Positions 1 to 8,891 are shown, counted from the first letter of the stretch. The stretch: DNA of 45,239 nt from an uncultured Candidatus Saccharibacteria bacterium (GCA_964373435.1 CAYJUS010000001.1:473-45711); one strand, 5' to 3'. Notes: a model not told the origin generated them from the sequence alone. Made by a program: numbers and translations.

Positions 1-2
1 AT

Positions 3-536
3 TTACAACAGAAACCCTAGGGGGGTCAGACCCCCCTTTCGTTTGCGGCTACCTAACCCTTGGAATAATTTACCCTTGGTTTCCTTATATTTTTCAAATG
101 ACCCATGGGATTCGATATGCTCCGGCGTCAAATTAGTAAGTACGGCTACGTCAAAATCAATTCCCCAATGTCGCCACTGTTTAATTCCTTCTGAGGTAAC
201 TTCGATTATCGCATACCCGCATCCTGCGTTTACCGCGTCTCGCAAAAATTTTTGTAACCTGAAACGACCCGGCATGGTCATTTTCAAGGTGTTCTGCCGT
301 TCTTCGTCATTAATTGCAAATCGAATGGATGATAAAGAAGCGACTTTCCCCCCTGATTCACGAAAGATACGGTGGCACATATCGACCACCGTTGATTTTC
401 CGTTTGTCCCGGTAACTCCAATGACAATAAGTTCTCGTGAGGGAAACCTGTATAAAAACGCGCCCGCGGCCGCAAGCGCAAGATGATACCACGACAATAA
501 AAAACCGGGAATCAATTGTCGCATAAAAACCTTCAT
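3..536 (-). CDS. Mur ligase family protein (MurE/MurF-like), N-terminal part; the 3' end leaves the window
   Basis: The ORF is open to the window edge. It has the ATP-binding loop GVTGTNGKST and the central-domain motif LTNLTPEHIESHG. Confidence 0.75.
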   Translation of the reverse strand: MKVFMRQLIPGFLLSWYHLALAAAGAFLYRFPSRELIVIGVTGTNGKSTVVDMCHRIFRESGGKVASLSSIRFAINDEERQNTLKMTMPGRFRLQKFLRDAVNAGCGYAIIEVTSEGIKQWRHWGIDFDVAVLTNLTPEHIESHGSFEKYKETKGKLFQGLGSRKRKGGLTPLGFLL

Positions 537-608
537 TCTATCTCAAACATAGCACGCGCTCTCAAAATCGCAAAGAATCAATGTAACGAATTCGGGCCCG
601 TTACGTCG

Positions 609-642
609 GAAAAATGAAAAGGCAGAACATTCATTCTGCCTT
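609..642 (-). terminator. Intrinsic terminator after the paralog pair
   Basis: A 9-bp stem aaggcagaa/ttctgcctt (619-627 / 634-642) is followed on the - strand by ttcattttt. Confidence 0.6.
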
Positions 643-677
643 CTTCGTTTATGATTTATTCCTCTGTACCTAGAAGC

Positions 678-1733
678 CTAATTTTTCAGGCAAGTAGGGG
701 TAATCCAAAGGTCACCTCTGAAACCATCAAAGTGTGTATAGGTTAAGCAAACTTTCGCTTCTGCCGGTCTATAATAAAGTAGCCCCAATGCCGGCACAAA
801 CTCTCCTTCGATGCGGGATCCAACACAGAGATAACCGAGGCTATTCAGAAGGCTATCGGAATCGCAAATGATGAGACATACTGCCTCTCGCACGGTAAGC
901 CCCCGTCTTTGTTCTATTAATCCGGTACAAATGAGTTCTTCTGCTTCAAACGCACTCATGCCTTCGGTAGAACCCGTACCTGCTTCGGCATCAACATCAT
1001 ATATCCAGTAGAACAGTGTTCGGGGAGTTTCTACTACACTCTCAATGTTGTTCTCGTTCATAAGACATTCGCCTCTTTTGCCGTCAACCAGAATAAATTT
1101 CATGAGTCTCGCGAGGGGGAGGCAATTTACCACGAGAAGATAACTTTCGTGTCCCGGCTCGGGATCAGGAATGTTTTCTAACGCGGTATCGGTGTCCATC
1201 CCAAGTAAATCGGGAAGAAAATATCCTTTATCGCATGCGTCCATGTACTTTCGAAGGTACTCTTCTTTAACCTTTCGAGGGTCAAATGCGGGCTGCTTTT
1301 CACATCGGTTACGCAACTGGTTAAAAAATTCGCCTGAAATTCCCGCTACGTCCCAACGTGCAACAAGGACCTCTGCCACTTCTCGACCATACCCACGGTT
1401 TATGAACGTGGTTGTCATCTCACGAACCTTGCTTTTGGTAAGACTCTCCAATGACCTTTTCTCTTCTTTTGTTAAAACCATTTCTGAATTCTCCGTTTCT
1501 GTGTTTTCTATGATTCCGCGAAGCGCTCGGAACCATCCGTCGCCATGATCGCGCTTAAACACCGCGATCCATTTGACGAGCTTCTCTTCTTCGTTCGAAA
1601 GACCCTCTTGCTGCGCTCTCTGCGCCGCTTTCGTGGGTGTCGACTCCTCTAGCCCGATTTCGAAAAGAAGATCGGCTTTGGGATGCCGAAGTGCTTCACG
1701 TACCTTCACCATAAGATCTTCTCTAGACCTCAT
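678..1733 (-). CDS. Hypothetical protein, paralog A (351 aa); no family recognised
   Basis: Long ORF with a GGGAGG SD 5 nt before the ATG. The first ~212 codons are identical to ORF 1775..2788. Confidence 0.7.
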   Translation of the reverse strand: MRSREDLMVKVREALRHPKADLLFEIGLEESTPTKAAQRAQQEGLSNEEEKLVKWIAVFKRDHGDGWFRALRGIIENTETENSEMVLTKEEKRSLESLTKSKVREMTTTFINRGYGREVAEVLVARWDVAGISGEFFNQLRNRCEKQPAFDPRKVKEEYLRKYMDACDKGYFLPDLLGMDTDTALENIPDPEPGHESYLLVVNCLPLARLMKFILVDGKRGECLMNENNIESVVETPRTLFYWIYDVDAEAGTGSTEGMSAFEAEELICTGLIEQRRGLTVREAVCLIICDSDSLLNSLGYLCVGSRIEGEFVPALGLLYYRPAEAKVCLTYTHFDGFRGDLWITPTCLKN

Positions 1734-1774
1734 ATATACCTCCCTTGTCCTTCCGTAGCTTTATGCGAAGGAGG
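1099..1774 (-). repeat. Direct repeat copy 1 (676 nt, identical to 2154-2829)
   Basis: Base-by-base comparison at an offset of 1055 nt. It covers a 41-nt leader plus 635 nt of coding sequence. Confidence 0.9.
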
Positions 1775-2788
1775 TTAACTAAGGCAGGAGGCCGAGCCCC
1801 ACCCCGAAAGCGAGCTGTTCGCCCAGTGCCAAAGGAGCCTCGGCTCGCCCCCGCTGAGCCACAAGCTCGCGACATTGCCGCCGCCGTGGCAAGAGCCAAC
1901 CGCAAAGACGTTATGGTCTTTGAGAGCCCCTGAATCTGCTATGGCAAGACAGACGACTTCTCGCGCGGTGAGCGCTTGTCTTTTCTTTCTTCCAAAGGAT
2001 TTTTGCGCATCAACCGGTTTCTTGCCGCATGTGGCCTTTCCGTCTTCAACATCATACCGCCAGTAAAAAAGCGTTTTGGGAACTCCCACCACATCTTCAA
2101 TCTCGTTCTCGTTGAGAAGACACTTTCCTCTCTCGCCGTCAACCACAACGAACTTCATGAGTCTCGCGAGGGGGAGGCAATTTACCACGAGAAGATAACT
2201 TTCGTGTCCCGGCTCGGGATCAGGAATGTTTTCTAACGCGGTATCGGTGTCCATCCCAAGTAAATCGGGAAGAAAATATCCTTTATCGCATGCGTCCATG
2301 TACTTTCGAAGGTACTCTTCTTTAACCTTTCGAGGGTCAAATGCGGGCTGCTTTTCACATCGGTTACGCAACTGGTTAAAAAATTCGCCTGAAATTCCCG
2401 CTACGTCCCAACGTGCAACAAGGACCTCTGCCACTTCTCGACCATACCCACGGTTTATGAACGTGGTTGTCATCTCACGAACCTTGCTTTTGGTAAGACT
2501 CTCCAATGACCTTTTCTCTTCTTTTGTTAAAACCATTTCTGAATTCTCCGTTTCTGTGTTTTCTATGATTCCGCGAAGCGCTCGGAACCATCCGTCGCCA
2601 TGATCGCGCTTAAACACCGCGATCCATTTGACGAGCTTCTCTTCTTCGTTCGAAAGACCCTCTTGCTGCGCTCTCTGCGCCGCTTTCGTGGGTGTCGACT
2701 CCTCTAGCCCGATTTCGAAAAGAAGATCGGCTTTGGGATGCCGAAGTGCTTCACGTACCTTCACCATAAGATCTTCTCTAGACCTCAT
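1775..2788 (-). CDS. Hypothetical protein, paralog B (337 aa); no family recognised
   Basis: Long ORF with the same SD and N-terminal module as paralog A. Its C-terminal ~125 aa are diverged. Confidence 0.7.
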   Translation of the reverse strand: MRSREDLMVKVREALRHPKADLLFEIGLEESTPTKAAQRAQQEGLSNEEEKLVKWIAVFKRDHGDGWFRALRGIIENTETENSEMVLTKEEKRSLESLTKSKVREMTTTFINRGYGREVAEVLVARWDVAGISGEFFNQLRNRCEKQPAFDPRKVKEEYLRKYMDACDKGYFLPDLLGMDTDTALENIPDPEPGHESYLLVVNCLPLARLMKFVVVDGERGKCLLNENEIEDVVGVPKTLFYWRYDVEDGKATCGKKPVDAQKSFGRKKRQALTAREVVCLAIADSGALKDHNVFAVGSCHGGGNVASLWLSGGEPRLLWHWANSSLSGWGSASCLS

Positions 2789-2829
2789 ATATACCTCCCT
2801 TGTCCTTCCGTAGCTTTATGCGAAGGAGG
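2154..2829 (-). repeat. Direct repeat copy 2 (676 nt, identical to 1099-1774)
   Basis: Same comparison as for copy 1. Confidence 0.9.
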
Positions 2830-2867
2830 ATTTCCAGGCACACTGCCTAAATTTTAGAGAACAGGTC

Positions 2868-2896
2868 AGTATACCAACCCCCCAAAAAATAGTCAA
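2868..2896 (-). promoter_or_regulatory. Sigma70-like promoter for the paralog B-A operon
   Basis: The - strand reads TTGACT-N17-TATACT (2896-2891 / 2873-2868). Confidence 0.6.
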
Positions 2897-2900
2897 GCTA

Positions 2901-2930
2901 TTGACATATTTCTCGCTTCTGATATATAAT
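2901..2930 (+). promoter_or_regulatory. Sigma70-like promoter for the small membrane protein gene
   Basis: TTGACA (2901-2906), N18, TATAAT (2925-2930). It sits back-to-back with the - strand promoter. Confidence 0.6.
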
Positions 2931-2960
2931 GATCGGTATCCAAAAAAGGAGGTACACATA

Positions 2961-3251
2961 ATGTTTGGACGGAGAAATAGAAGTCCGGACCTTGTAAAAA
3001 AGGTTGATGAGCTGATGAAAGATATCGCGGAGGCGCAACAGTCAACGACGCAGGATCAGTCAGAAAAAGAAAGAGAGCTCACTGTGGGCCTTATTGCGGG
3101 ATTGGTAGGGGTGACTGTAACCGAGGTTTTGAGACAAGCGTTCACTAAAAAGAATTACAGAAAAGCCGCAAAAGCGATCGCGATCCGAGCCGGAATTTCT
3201 CTCGCACTTTACGCACTCGCGCGGCGAACCGTTTTCAAAAAAAACAAGTAG
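2961..3251 (+). CDS. Small membrane-anchored protein (96 aa), unknown function
   Basis: ATG 2961 is preceded by AGGAGG (2948-2953). There are two hydrophobic segments. The TTG at 2901 in the ORF track is the -35 box itself. Confidence 0.6.
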   Translation: MFGRRNRSPDLVKKVDELMKDIAEAQQSTTQDQSEKERELTVGLIAGLVGVTVTEVLRQAFTKKNYRKAAKAIAIRAGISLALYALARRTVFKKNK

Positions 3252-3265
3252 GGACAAAGACGCAA

Positions 3266-3297
3266 AAAGAGCAGGAATACCTGCTCTTTATTTATTC
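3266..3297. terminator. Bidirectional intrinsic terminator
   Basis: A 10-bp stem aaagagcagg/cctgctcttt with loop aata, flanked by A- and T-runs, lies between convergent genes. Confidence 0.7.
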
Positions 3298-3951
3298 ACG
3301 ATAAATGATAGTCGCGCGACCGTCGCTCGGTTTGTCTCTCCAGTTTTGCTTGCTTATGCGGTCGCTTTTTTCTTGAGGAAACTCTGTGAAAAAACTCGAG
3401 ACAAAGTTTTTCGCTCTGTCCCACGACGTAACAAGATGGCTGTTGACATCGAAGTCTTTATACTCATGATGCGCGCTTGCAAGAATCACGGGCACGCCTC
3501 CGCTTTTCCCCGCATCAAAACATCTTACGTGGAAACGTTCGCCCCGCTCTTTCGAAACCTCCCAGTCACACTGAAAACTCATGAATTTGATGCGAGAATG
3601 AATCAGTAGATATTGCCCGGATCCTGTCATGGAAAAACGCCATCCTTTCTCTCGAAACAATTTCTTGAGTTCACTTGATGAAAACCCCACAAACATGAGA
3701 TTCACCGGGTCAAGTGTTTTTGTCCAACTGATGCCGAACGAGTGCACGGAGGCATTCACGGTACACACCATGAACGTGTAGGGAAAAAATTTCACCGTAC
3801 CTCGCTCCCCTATTTGCATCCCGACCCTATGGGGAAAAAGAATTGCGAAAACCAATGGAGATAAAAAGAACGCGGCAATGTTTCTTACACACGCAATAAC
3901 AATGTTTCTTATACGCGCAATGCTCTCTCCGATACGGCAAATGTCTTTCAT
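3292..3951 (-). CDS. Membrane protein, possibly an LssY-like C-terminal domain protein
   Basis: ORF with an N-terminal TM helix. ATG 3951 has GAGGTG upstream. The family call is from memory only. Confidence 0.4.
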   Translation of the reverse strand: MKDICRIGESIARIRNIVIACVRNIAAFFLSPLVFAILFPHRVGMQIGERGTVKFFPYTFMVCTVNASVHSFGISWTKTLDPVNLMFVGFSSSELKKLFREKGWRFSMTGSGQYLLIHSRIKFMSFQCDWEVSKERGERFHVRCFDAGKSGGVPVILASAHHEYKDFDVNSHLVTSWDRAKNFVSSFFTEFPQEKSDRISKQNWRDKPSDGRATIIYRE

Positions 3952-3987
3952 TCCTCGCACCTCGCATTTTCAAAGAGTGGTGGCTAC

Positions 3988-5082
3988 TCAGGAAACCCTC
4001 TTTCGTAGCTTCTGAATTATTGTATACAGGGTATACCACAAGCGGTCAAGCGGGTAGTCGTATGTCCCCGCATATCGCGCTTCGTTTCCGCCGAACCCCC
4101 GCTTGAAACGAGTGACGCCGGGCCACTTTTTTTCCGAAACCCCCCACAAGTCATATTCCGTGCATCCTCGCCTTTTCGCCTCCTTTATTGTCTCCCAATG
4201 AAGAAGGTAGGGCGCCATACTATTGCGATAGTCGTTGGATGAAGCGCCGTGGAGATAAGTTGCACGCGGGCCAAAAAATATCGTAATGTTTGCCGCAAGG
4301 ATAGTCCCTTTATATTCTGCGGTAAATAGTTCTCCGACGGGATCGCTCGGGGAGGATCTGACCCTCCCCGAGAGGCCAGATCCTCCCCCGACTAGCATAT
4401 TCTCGTAATATTTCCTTGTATGGAGGTGGAACCCGTCTCGTTTCACGGTTTCCTCAAACAGCGGCCAGACACGTTCAAAATAGCCGTTTGTTACGCTCTC
4501 GTTTTTAGATACCGTCACTTCTTTTCGCTCGGCAAGCCGGATATTATACCGCGTCTTGGGACGCATAGAAGCAAGAATCTCCTCTTCGGATTTCGTGAGA
4601 TCAAGGATAATGGTTTCCCGCGGCTGAACGTCTTTGGAAGATTCGCGAAGGCCAACTCTCTTTAAAAACTCTTTTATTTCTTTCGTCGCAGCCCACTCGG
4701 GATCCATCCGAAAAAAGATTGCGTTTTCTCTTTCCGCAAGCTGTCGTACCTCGCGCAGGAAAATTTCAAAAACGCCAACGGGTTTTTTGAGGGAGAGAAA
4801 ATCTACAAGAGGACCTCGGGGAGCGTAGAGAAATGTTTTTCCGAACGGAAGCGGATGGGTAAGGACAAGCGCGGCCATACGCCATTTGTCGTTTCCCCTC
4901 CCTCGGAACTTTTTCTCTCCTGTAAAATCAACTGTGAATGATCTCTTCTCGGTTGCAATGATAACGTGGGCGTGATTGCCCGCTTCATTTTGAAAAAGAC
5001 CCCAGTCATAAGACTGGAGAAAGGAACCTGCGGGACTCGCAGAAACAAACGTGTTCCAGTGTGTCCTGAAATGGAGCTGCAT
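3988..5082 (-). CDS. FemAB-family peptidoglycan bridge-forming aminoacyltransferase
   Basis: 364 aa, with FemAB-like blocks (SFLQSYDWG, YAPRGP, RYNIRLAERK, HLHGASS, PYLLHWE, GVxxFKxGFGG). Confidence 0.75.
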   Translation of the reverse strand: MQLHFRTHWNTFVSASPAGSFLQSYDWGLFQNEAGNHAHVIIATEKRSFTVDFTGEKKFRGRGNDKWRMAALVLTHPLPFGKTFLYAPRGPLVDFLSLKKPVGVFEIFLREVRQLAERENAIFFRMDPEWAATKEIKEFLKRVGLRESSKDVQPRETIILDLTKSEEEILASMRPKTRYNIRLAERKEVTVSKNESVTNGYFERVWPLFEETVKRDGFHLHTRKYYENMLVGGGSGLSGRVRSSPSDPVGELFTAEYKGTILAANITIFFGPRATYLHGASSNDYRNSMAPYLLHWETIKEAKRRGCTEYDLWGVSEKKWPGVTRFKRGFGGNEARYAGTYDYPLDRLWYTLYTIIQKLRKRVS

Positions 5083-5083
5083 A

Positions 5084-5677
5084 TTATTTTTTTGTCTTCC
5101 CTAAGATTTTTAACGCTTCTTTTACGCGCCCTTCGATGTTGTTTTCTTCTGCCGAAACCTGCGAGAGGGCTTCGCGCGCGTCACGCGCGGTGTACCCCAG
5201 CGCAACCAGCGCATCGATCGCATCATGCCGTTGGCTTAATTCCTCGGGAGCTATTTCTTTTTCTCCCGCTTCCCAGTCCTCTACTTTCCCCTTGAGCTCG
5301 AGAATGATTTTTTGCGCGGTCTTTTTCCCGATTCCGGAAACCTTGATGAGGAGTTTGTCATTTTCGCTCAAAATTGCTATTCTTAAATCTTTGGGGCTTG
5401 CGACGGAAAGCACGGAGAGCGCGCCCTTGGGGCCAATACCCGAAATCCCAATCAGCAACTCAAACATATCGAGTTCGTCTTGAGAAGAGAATCCGTAAAG
5501 ATCAAGTTCGTTTTCCCGCACGTAGAGATAGGTGTAGAGCTTCACGGGGTTTCCCGCTTCAGGGAGAACATTTCTTGTTTCGCGCGAAACGAACACCCTA
5601 TATCCCACGTTCCCCACGTTTATCACCACGTATTCCTCGCGCCCGTCTTCAATTGTTCCGTAGAGACTGCTTATCAC
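5084..5677 (-). CDS. ruvA: Holliday junction branch migration complex subunit RuvA
   Basis: Starts MISSLYGTI..VVINVGNVGYRV, has the HhH motifs GISGIGPKGAL / VSGIGKKTAQKI, and carries a C-terminal domain III. Confidence 0.9.
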   Translation of the reverse strand: MISSLYGTIEDGREEYVVINVGNVGYRVFVSRETRNVLPEAGNPVKLYTYLYVRENELDLYGFSSQDELDMFELLIGISGIGPKGALSVLSVASPKDLRIAILSENDKLLIKVSGIGKKTAQKIILELKGKVEDWEAGEKEIAPEELSQRHDAIDALVALGYTARDAREALSQVSAEENNIEGRVKEALKILGKTKK

Positions 5678-5718
5678 TACTTAATATTACCGCTTTTATA
5701 CGCTTCCTTCAATTGATT

Positions 5719-7698
5719 ATGAGATTCCAATTAACAACCGACCTGCGATTGACTTCGGACCAGCAACGCGCAGCCGAAACGCTTACGAAAGGAATCGCGT
5801 CCGGTTTCAAAAACCAGGTGCTTTTGGGCGTTACGGGGTCGGGTAAAACCTTTACGGTTGCTTCCGTCATTGAACGAGTCCAGAAGCCGACACTCGTAAT
5901 CTCGCACAACAAAACCTTGGCCGCGCAACTCTATCAGGAATTCAAGGAATTTTTTCCGGAAAACGCGGTCCACTATTTTGTAAGCTACTATGACTACTAT
6001 CAACCCGAAGCATATATCCCGCAAACTGATACCTATATTGAAAAAGACGCAAAAATAAATGACGAGATCGACCGATTACGGCACGCCGCCACCCAAAGCA
6101 TTCGTACGAGGCCCGATACGATTGTGGTGGCATCGGTCTCGTGTATTTACGGGATAGGAGACCCTGAAGAATACGAAAAGGTTGCGCTTGAGATAAAGAA
6201 GGGGGAACACGTATCGCGAAAAAAGATAATCGAAAAACTGGTGGAGCTTCAATACGCGCGAGACAATATTCTCGCGGTTCCGGGGAGCTTTCGCACGCGA
6301 GGCGAACAGGTAGAGATCGCTCCCATTACGGGCGACAATATAATCAGGATAGCTCTTCGCGAAAACGAAATAGAGTCGATCACACGCGCTCATCCCCTCA
6401 CGGGGGAGACAACCTCGCACACCGACGCGATACAAATTTTCCCCGCAAAACATTTCGTGACCCCCCAGGAGAAACTTGAGCGTGCGCTCAAGAATATTTC
6501 CCGCGAACTCGAGGAACGACTGGAGGATTTCAAAAAAGCGGGCAAACTTCTCGAAGCGCAGAGAATCGAAACGCGCACGCGTTTTGATATAGAAATGATG
6601 CGCGAGACGGGATACTGCGCGGGAATCGAAAACTACTCGCGCCATTTGAGCTTCCGAAAACCGGGAACCCCCCCTTCGACGCTTCTTGACTATTTCTCCT
6701 TCGACCCCTTTCGACTACGCTCAAGACAAGCCGCTCAGGACAAACCTAAAGATTTTTTGCTTGTGATTGACGAGTCGCACATGACGATTCCCCAAATCCG
6801 CGGAATGTATAACGGCGACCGCGCGCGAAAAGAAATACTCGTCGCACACGGCTTTCGCCTTCCCTCTGCGCTGGATAATCGTCCTCTCACATTCGAAGAG
6901 TTTAACGCCCTACGGGGAGAAACACTGTATACATCGGCAACGCCGGGCCCCTATGAGCTGGGAGAAACAAGAACGCATATCGTCGAACAGCTCACGCGTC
7001 CTACCGGCATTCTTGATCCTCCCGTGGAAATCCATCCCACAAAAGGACAAGTCGAACACCTCATACGGCGCATTCGGGAACGAACAGCGAGGAAAGAGCG
7101 GGTTCTCGTTACGGTTCTTACCAAGCGTCTTGCGGAAGACCTCACTGAATTCTTGCTCAAGGAAAATATACAGGTGCAGTATCTCCATTCGGAAATCAAA
7201 ACGTTGGAACGCCCAGAAATACTACGCGATTTACGGCTGGGAACGTATGATGTCATAGTGGGGGTTAACCTCCTGCGGGAAGGCCTTGATCTTCCTGAAG
7301 TTTCCCTTGTTGCGATATTAGATGCGGACAAAGAAGGGTTTTTGCGCAACGACACGACGCTCATCCAAACCATGGGGCGCGCCGCGCGGCACACGAACGG
7401 CCAGATTATCATGTATGCGGACACTACCACCCAATCAATGAAGCGAGCAATCCGGGAAACGGATCGACGAAGAGCATATCAAAAAGCCCACAACAACCGG
7501 TACGGCATTGTTCCCACACCGATAAAGAAGGATGTCCGCGCGCCGATTGTTGAAAAAGGGGAGGGAGGTATAAAAGAAGGGTTCAAAAAGATGACGTTCA
7601 AAGAGCTTCAAAAAGAAATGAAAAAAGCGGCGGAAAGTCTGGAGTTTGAACGGGCGGCAGAAATACGAAACATGATAAAAAAACTTGTCACGTCATAA
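5719..7698 (+). CDS. uvrB: Excinuclease ABC subunit UvrB (with a ~17-codon in-frame insertion)
   Basis: Motifs GVTGSGKT, DESH, GFRLPSALDNRPL, helicase motif VI GRAARH, and the C-terminal UVR domain. Homology starts at ATG 5719. Confidence 0.95.
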   Translation: MRFQLTTDLRLTSDQQRAAETLTKGIASGFKNQVLLGVTGSGKTFTVASVIERVQKPTLVISHNKTLAAQLYQEFKEFFPENAVHYFVSYYDYYQPEAYIPQTDTYIEKDAKINDEIDRLRHAATQSIRTRPDTIVVASVSCIYGIGDPEEYEKVALEIKKGEHVSRKKIIEKLVELQYARDNILAVPGSFRTRGEQVEIAPITGDNIIRIALRENEIESITRAHPLTGETTSHTDAIQIFPAKHFVTPQEKLERALKNISRELEERLEDFKKAGKLLEAQRIETRTRFDIEMMRETGYCAGIENYSRHLSFRKPGTPPSTLLDYFSFDPFRLRSRQAAQDKPKDFLLVIDESHMTIPQIRGMYNGDRARKEILVAHGFRLPSALDNRPLTFEEFNALRGETLYTSATPGPYELGETRTHIVEQLTRPTGILDPPVEIHPTKGQVEHLIRRIRERTARKERVLVTVLTKRLAEDLTEFLLKENIQVQYLHSEIKTLERPEILRDLRLGTYDVIVGVNLLREGLDLPEVSLVAILDADKEGFLRNDTTLIQTMGRAARHTNGQIIMYADTTTQSMKRAIRETDRRRAYQKAHNNRYGIVPTPIKKDVRAPIVEKGEGGIKEGFKKMTFKELQKEMKKAAESLEFERAAEIRNMIKKLVTS

Positions 7699-7730
7699 CC
7701 CCCGGAATTGGGTATTGTACGGGGAAAAAC

Positions 7731-7790
7731 AAAAAACCGGGGCGGTTTGTCTTTTCTCAAGACCCCAAGCCCCGGCTTTTATTTTCTTTT
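7731..7790. terminator. Bidirectional terminator between uvrB and the convergent gene
   Basis: Stem ccggggc/gccccgg (7737-7743 / 7769-7775) with an inner gtctt/aagac helix, an A-run before and a T-run after. Confidence 0.6.
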
Positions 7791-8765
7791 CGAATCTTCG
7801 TGTTTGTTTTTGAAAAGTTCATATTCATGTTTTCCGTTGTGTTCTTTCCTGAATAATTTTTCTATGTGTCGTTCAAGTGAAGAGATGCGTGTCTCCGGCG
7901 AAGGAGTTCGTCCGGGTCCGCTATTATCTCGCGGGATCTCAAACCCAAGAAGCTCCTGAATGCGCCGTACAAACTCTTCGACGCGAAATTCCGCGGTTTC
8001 GGCGTGGACGAGACCGTGCGCGGTTTCCGTCTCTTCGCTCGGGAGAAGCGGAGCGCTCTCGATCACGAGACGCGATCCTTCCCATCGAATACGGTTTTCC
8101 TGTATCCAGATGATTTCGAGGTCGTCCACCCTGCGGCTGGATTTCCTGAACCCGTAGTGGTGCATAAGATGTCCTCTGTCCGATGACTCAATGCCCACCA
8201 TCTGCTTTACCAAAAGTCCGCCTTTCACGCGCAGGCCGTGGTTCAGCATGACGCGATATTCGACAGAGCGCGGCGTGGGGCTTCCGCGGCCGCACGCGCA
8301 CTGAATTTCTTCGTGGGAAAATACCGCCCACCCGCCGAATGATTCGAGAACCGCCTTAAGTTCCTGTTCGTTGGAAGAGAACGTTTTTGCATGCGAGCTT
8401 GTATCCGCCGCGATCGCAGACACCAAAGGAAACCGAGTGGTCGGATCCCAAGGAACCGCGCAATTTAGATATTGGTCGTTCACCCGTTTAATGGTTTCGC
8501 GCTCGGCAACCAATGCGAGGCACAGTGCCTGTGCGGGGAGAAACCGAACCCCTTCTTGTTTTACGAGTTCGCGCCCCAAAATGTCGATGCGCCGCGTCAG
8601 CATCCGAATCGACCTTCTCCAATCAATAAACTTTGGCGGGGTGTAGTCTTTTAGGTTGGGCAGATGAATGGGTTTATCCTGCTCTGGTTGATCGGAAGTT
8701 GCCATCCCTTTTCTAAGCCAATTGTAACGGGGGAAAATGTCCTCGAGCAGCGTTGTAATGCTCAC
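7779..8765 (-). CDS. Hypothetical protein (328 aa), no family recognised
   Basis: GTG 8765 has GAGGAGA about 7 nt upstream. The gene has its own consensus promoter and flanking terminators. Confidence 0.65.
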   Translation of the reverse strand: MSITTLLEDIFPRYNWLRKGMATSDQPEQDKPIHLPNLKDYTPPKFIDWRRSIRMLTRRIDILGRELVKQEGVRFLPAQALCLALVAERETIKRVNDQYLNCAVPWDPTTRFPLVSAIAADTSSHAKTFSSNEQELKAVLESFGGWAVFSHEEIQCACGRGSPTPRSVEYRVMLNHGLRVKGGLLVKQMVGIESSDRGHLMHHYGFRKSSRRVDDLEIIWIQENRIRWEGSRLVIESAPLLPSEETETAHGLVHAETAEFRVEEFVRRIQELLGFEIPRDNSGPGRTPSPETRISSLERHIEKLFRKEHNGKHEYELFKNKHEDSKRK

Positions 8766-8819
8766 TATCCTGTCTCCTCTTTTTGGATGTCAGAATGCAA
8801 AAATTTTAAAGAACCTTTA

Positions 8820-8848
8820 TATATAACATGCACAAAGATATTTGTCAA
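8820..8848 (-). promoter_or_regulatory. Sigma70-like promoter of gene 7779..8765
   Basis: The - strand reads TTGACA-N17-TATATA. Confidence 0.65.
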
Positions 8849-8857
8849 CGAAAATGA

Positions 8858-8891
8858 AAAAGCCCGGGCACGTTTAGGTGTACGGGCTTTG
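8858..8891 (-). terminator. Intrinsic terminator ending the 10922..8907 operon
   Basis: Stem aaagcccg/cgggcttt, followed by a T-run on the - strand. Confidence 0.5.

Noticed and set aside
20-36. GGGGGG-TCAGA-CCCCCC hairpin at the window start, suggesting the Mur ligase gene is truncated and followed by a terminator
   Set aside because: The ORF stays open through it to the window edge, and there are too few residues to judge. This cannot be resolved without upstream sequence.
678-2829. Diversity-generating retroelement (TR/VR pair) as the explanation for the variable C-termini of the paralogs
   Set aside because: There is no reverse transcriptase in the window. The differences include indels and all base types rather than adenine-specific substitutions, and the divergent parts are far longer than typical variable repeats.
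5374-5718. 115-aa N-terminal extension of the uvrB ORF
   Set aside because: The extension is antisense to ruvA and shows no UvrB similarity. Homology and a sensible start begin at ATG 5719.
6076-7430. Several 90-190-aa - strand ORFs inside uvrB
   Set aside because: They are antisense shadow ORFs within a gene of certain identity.
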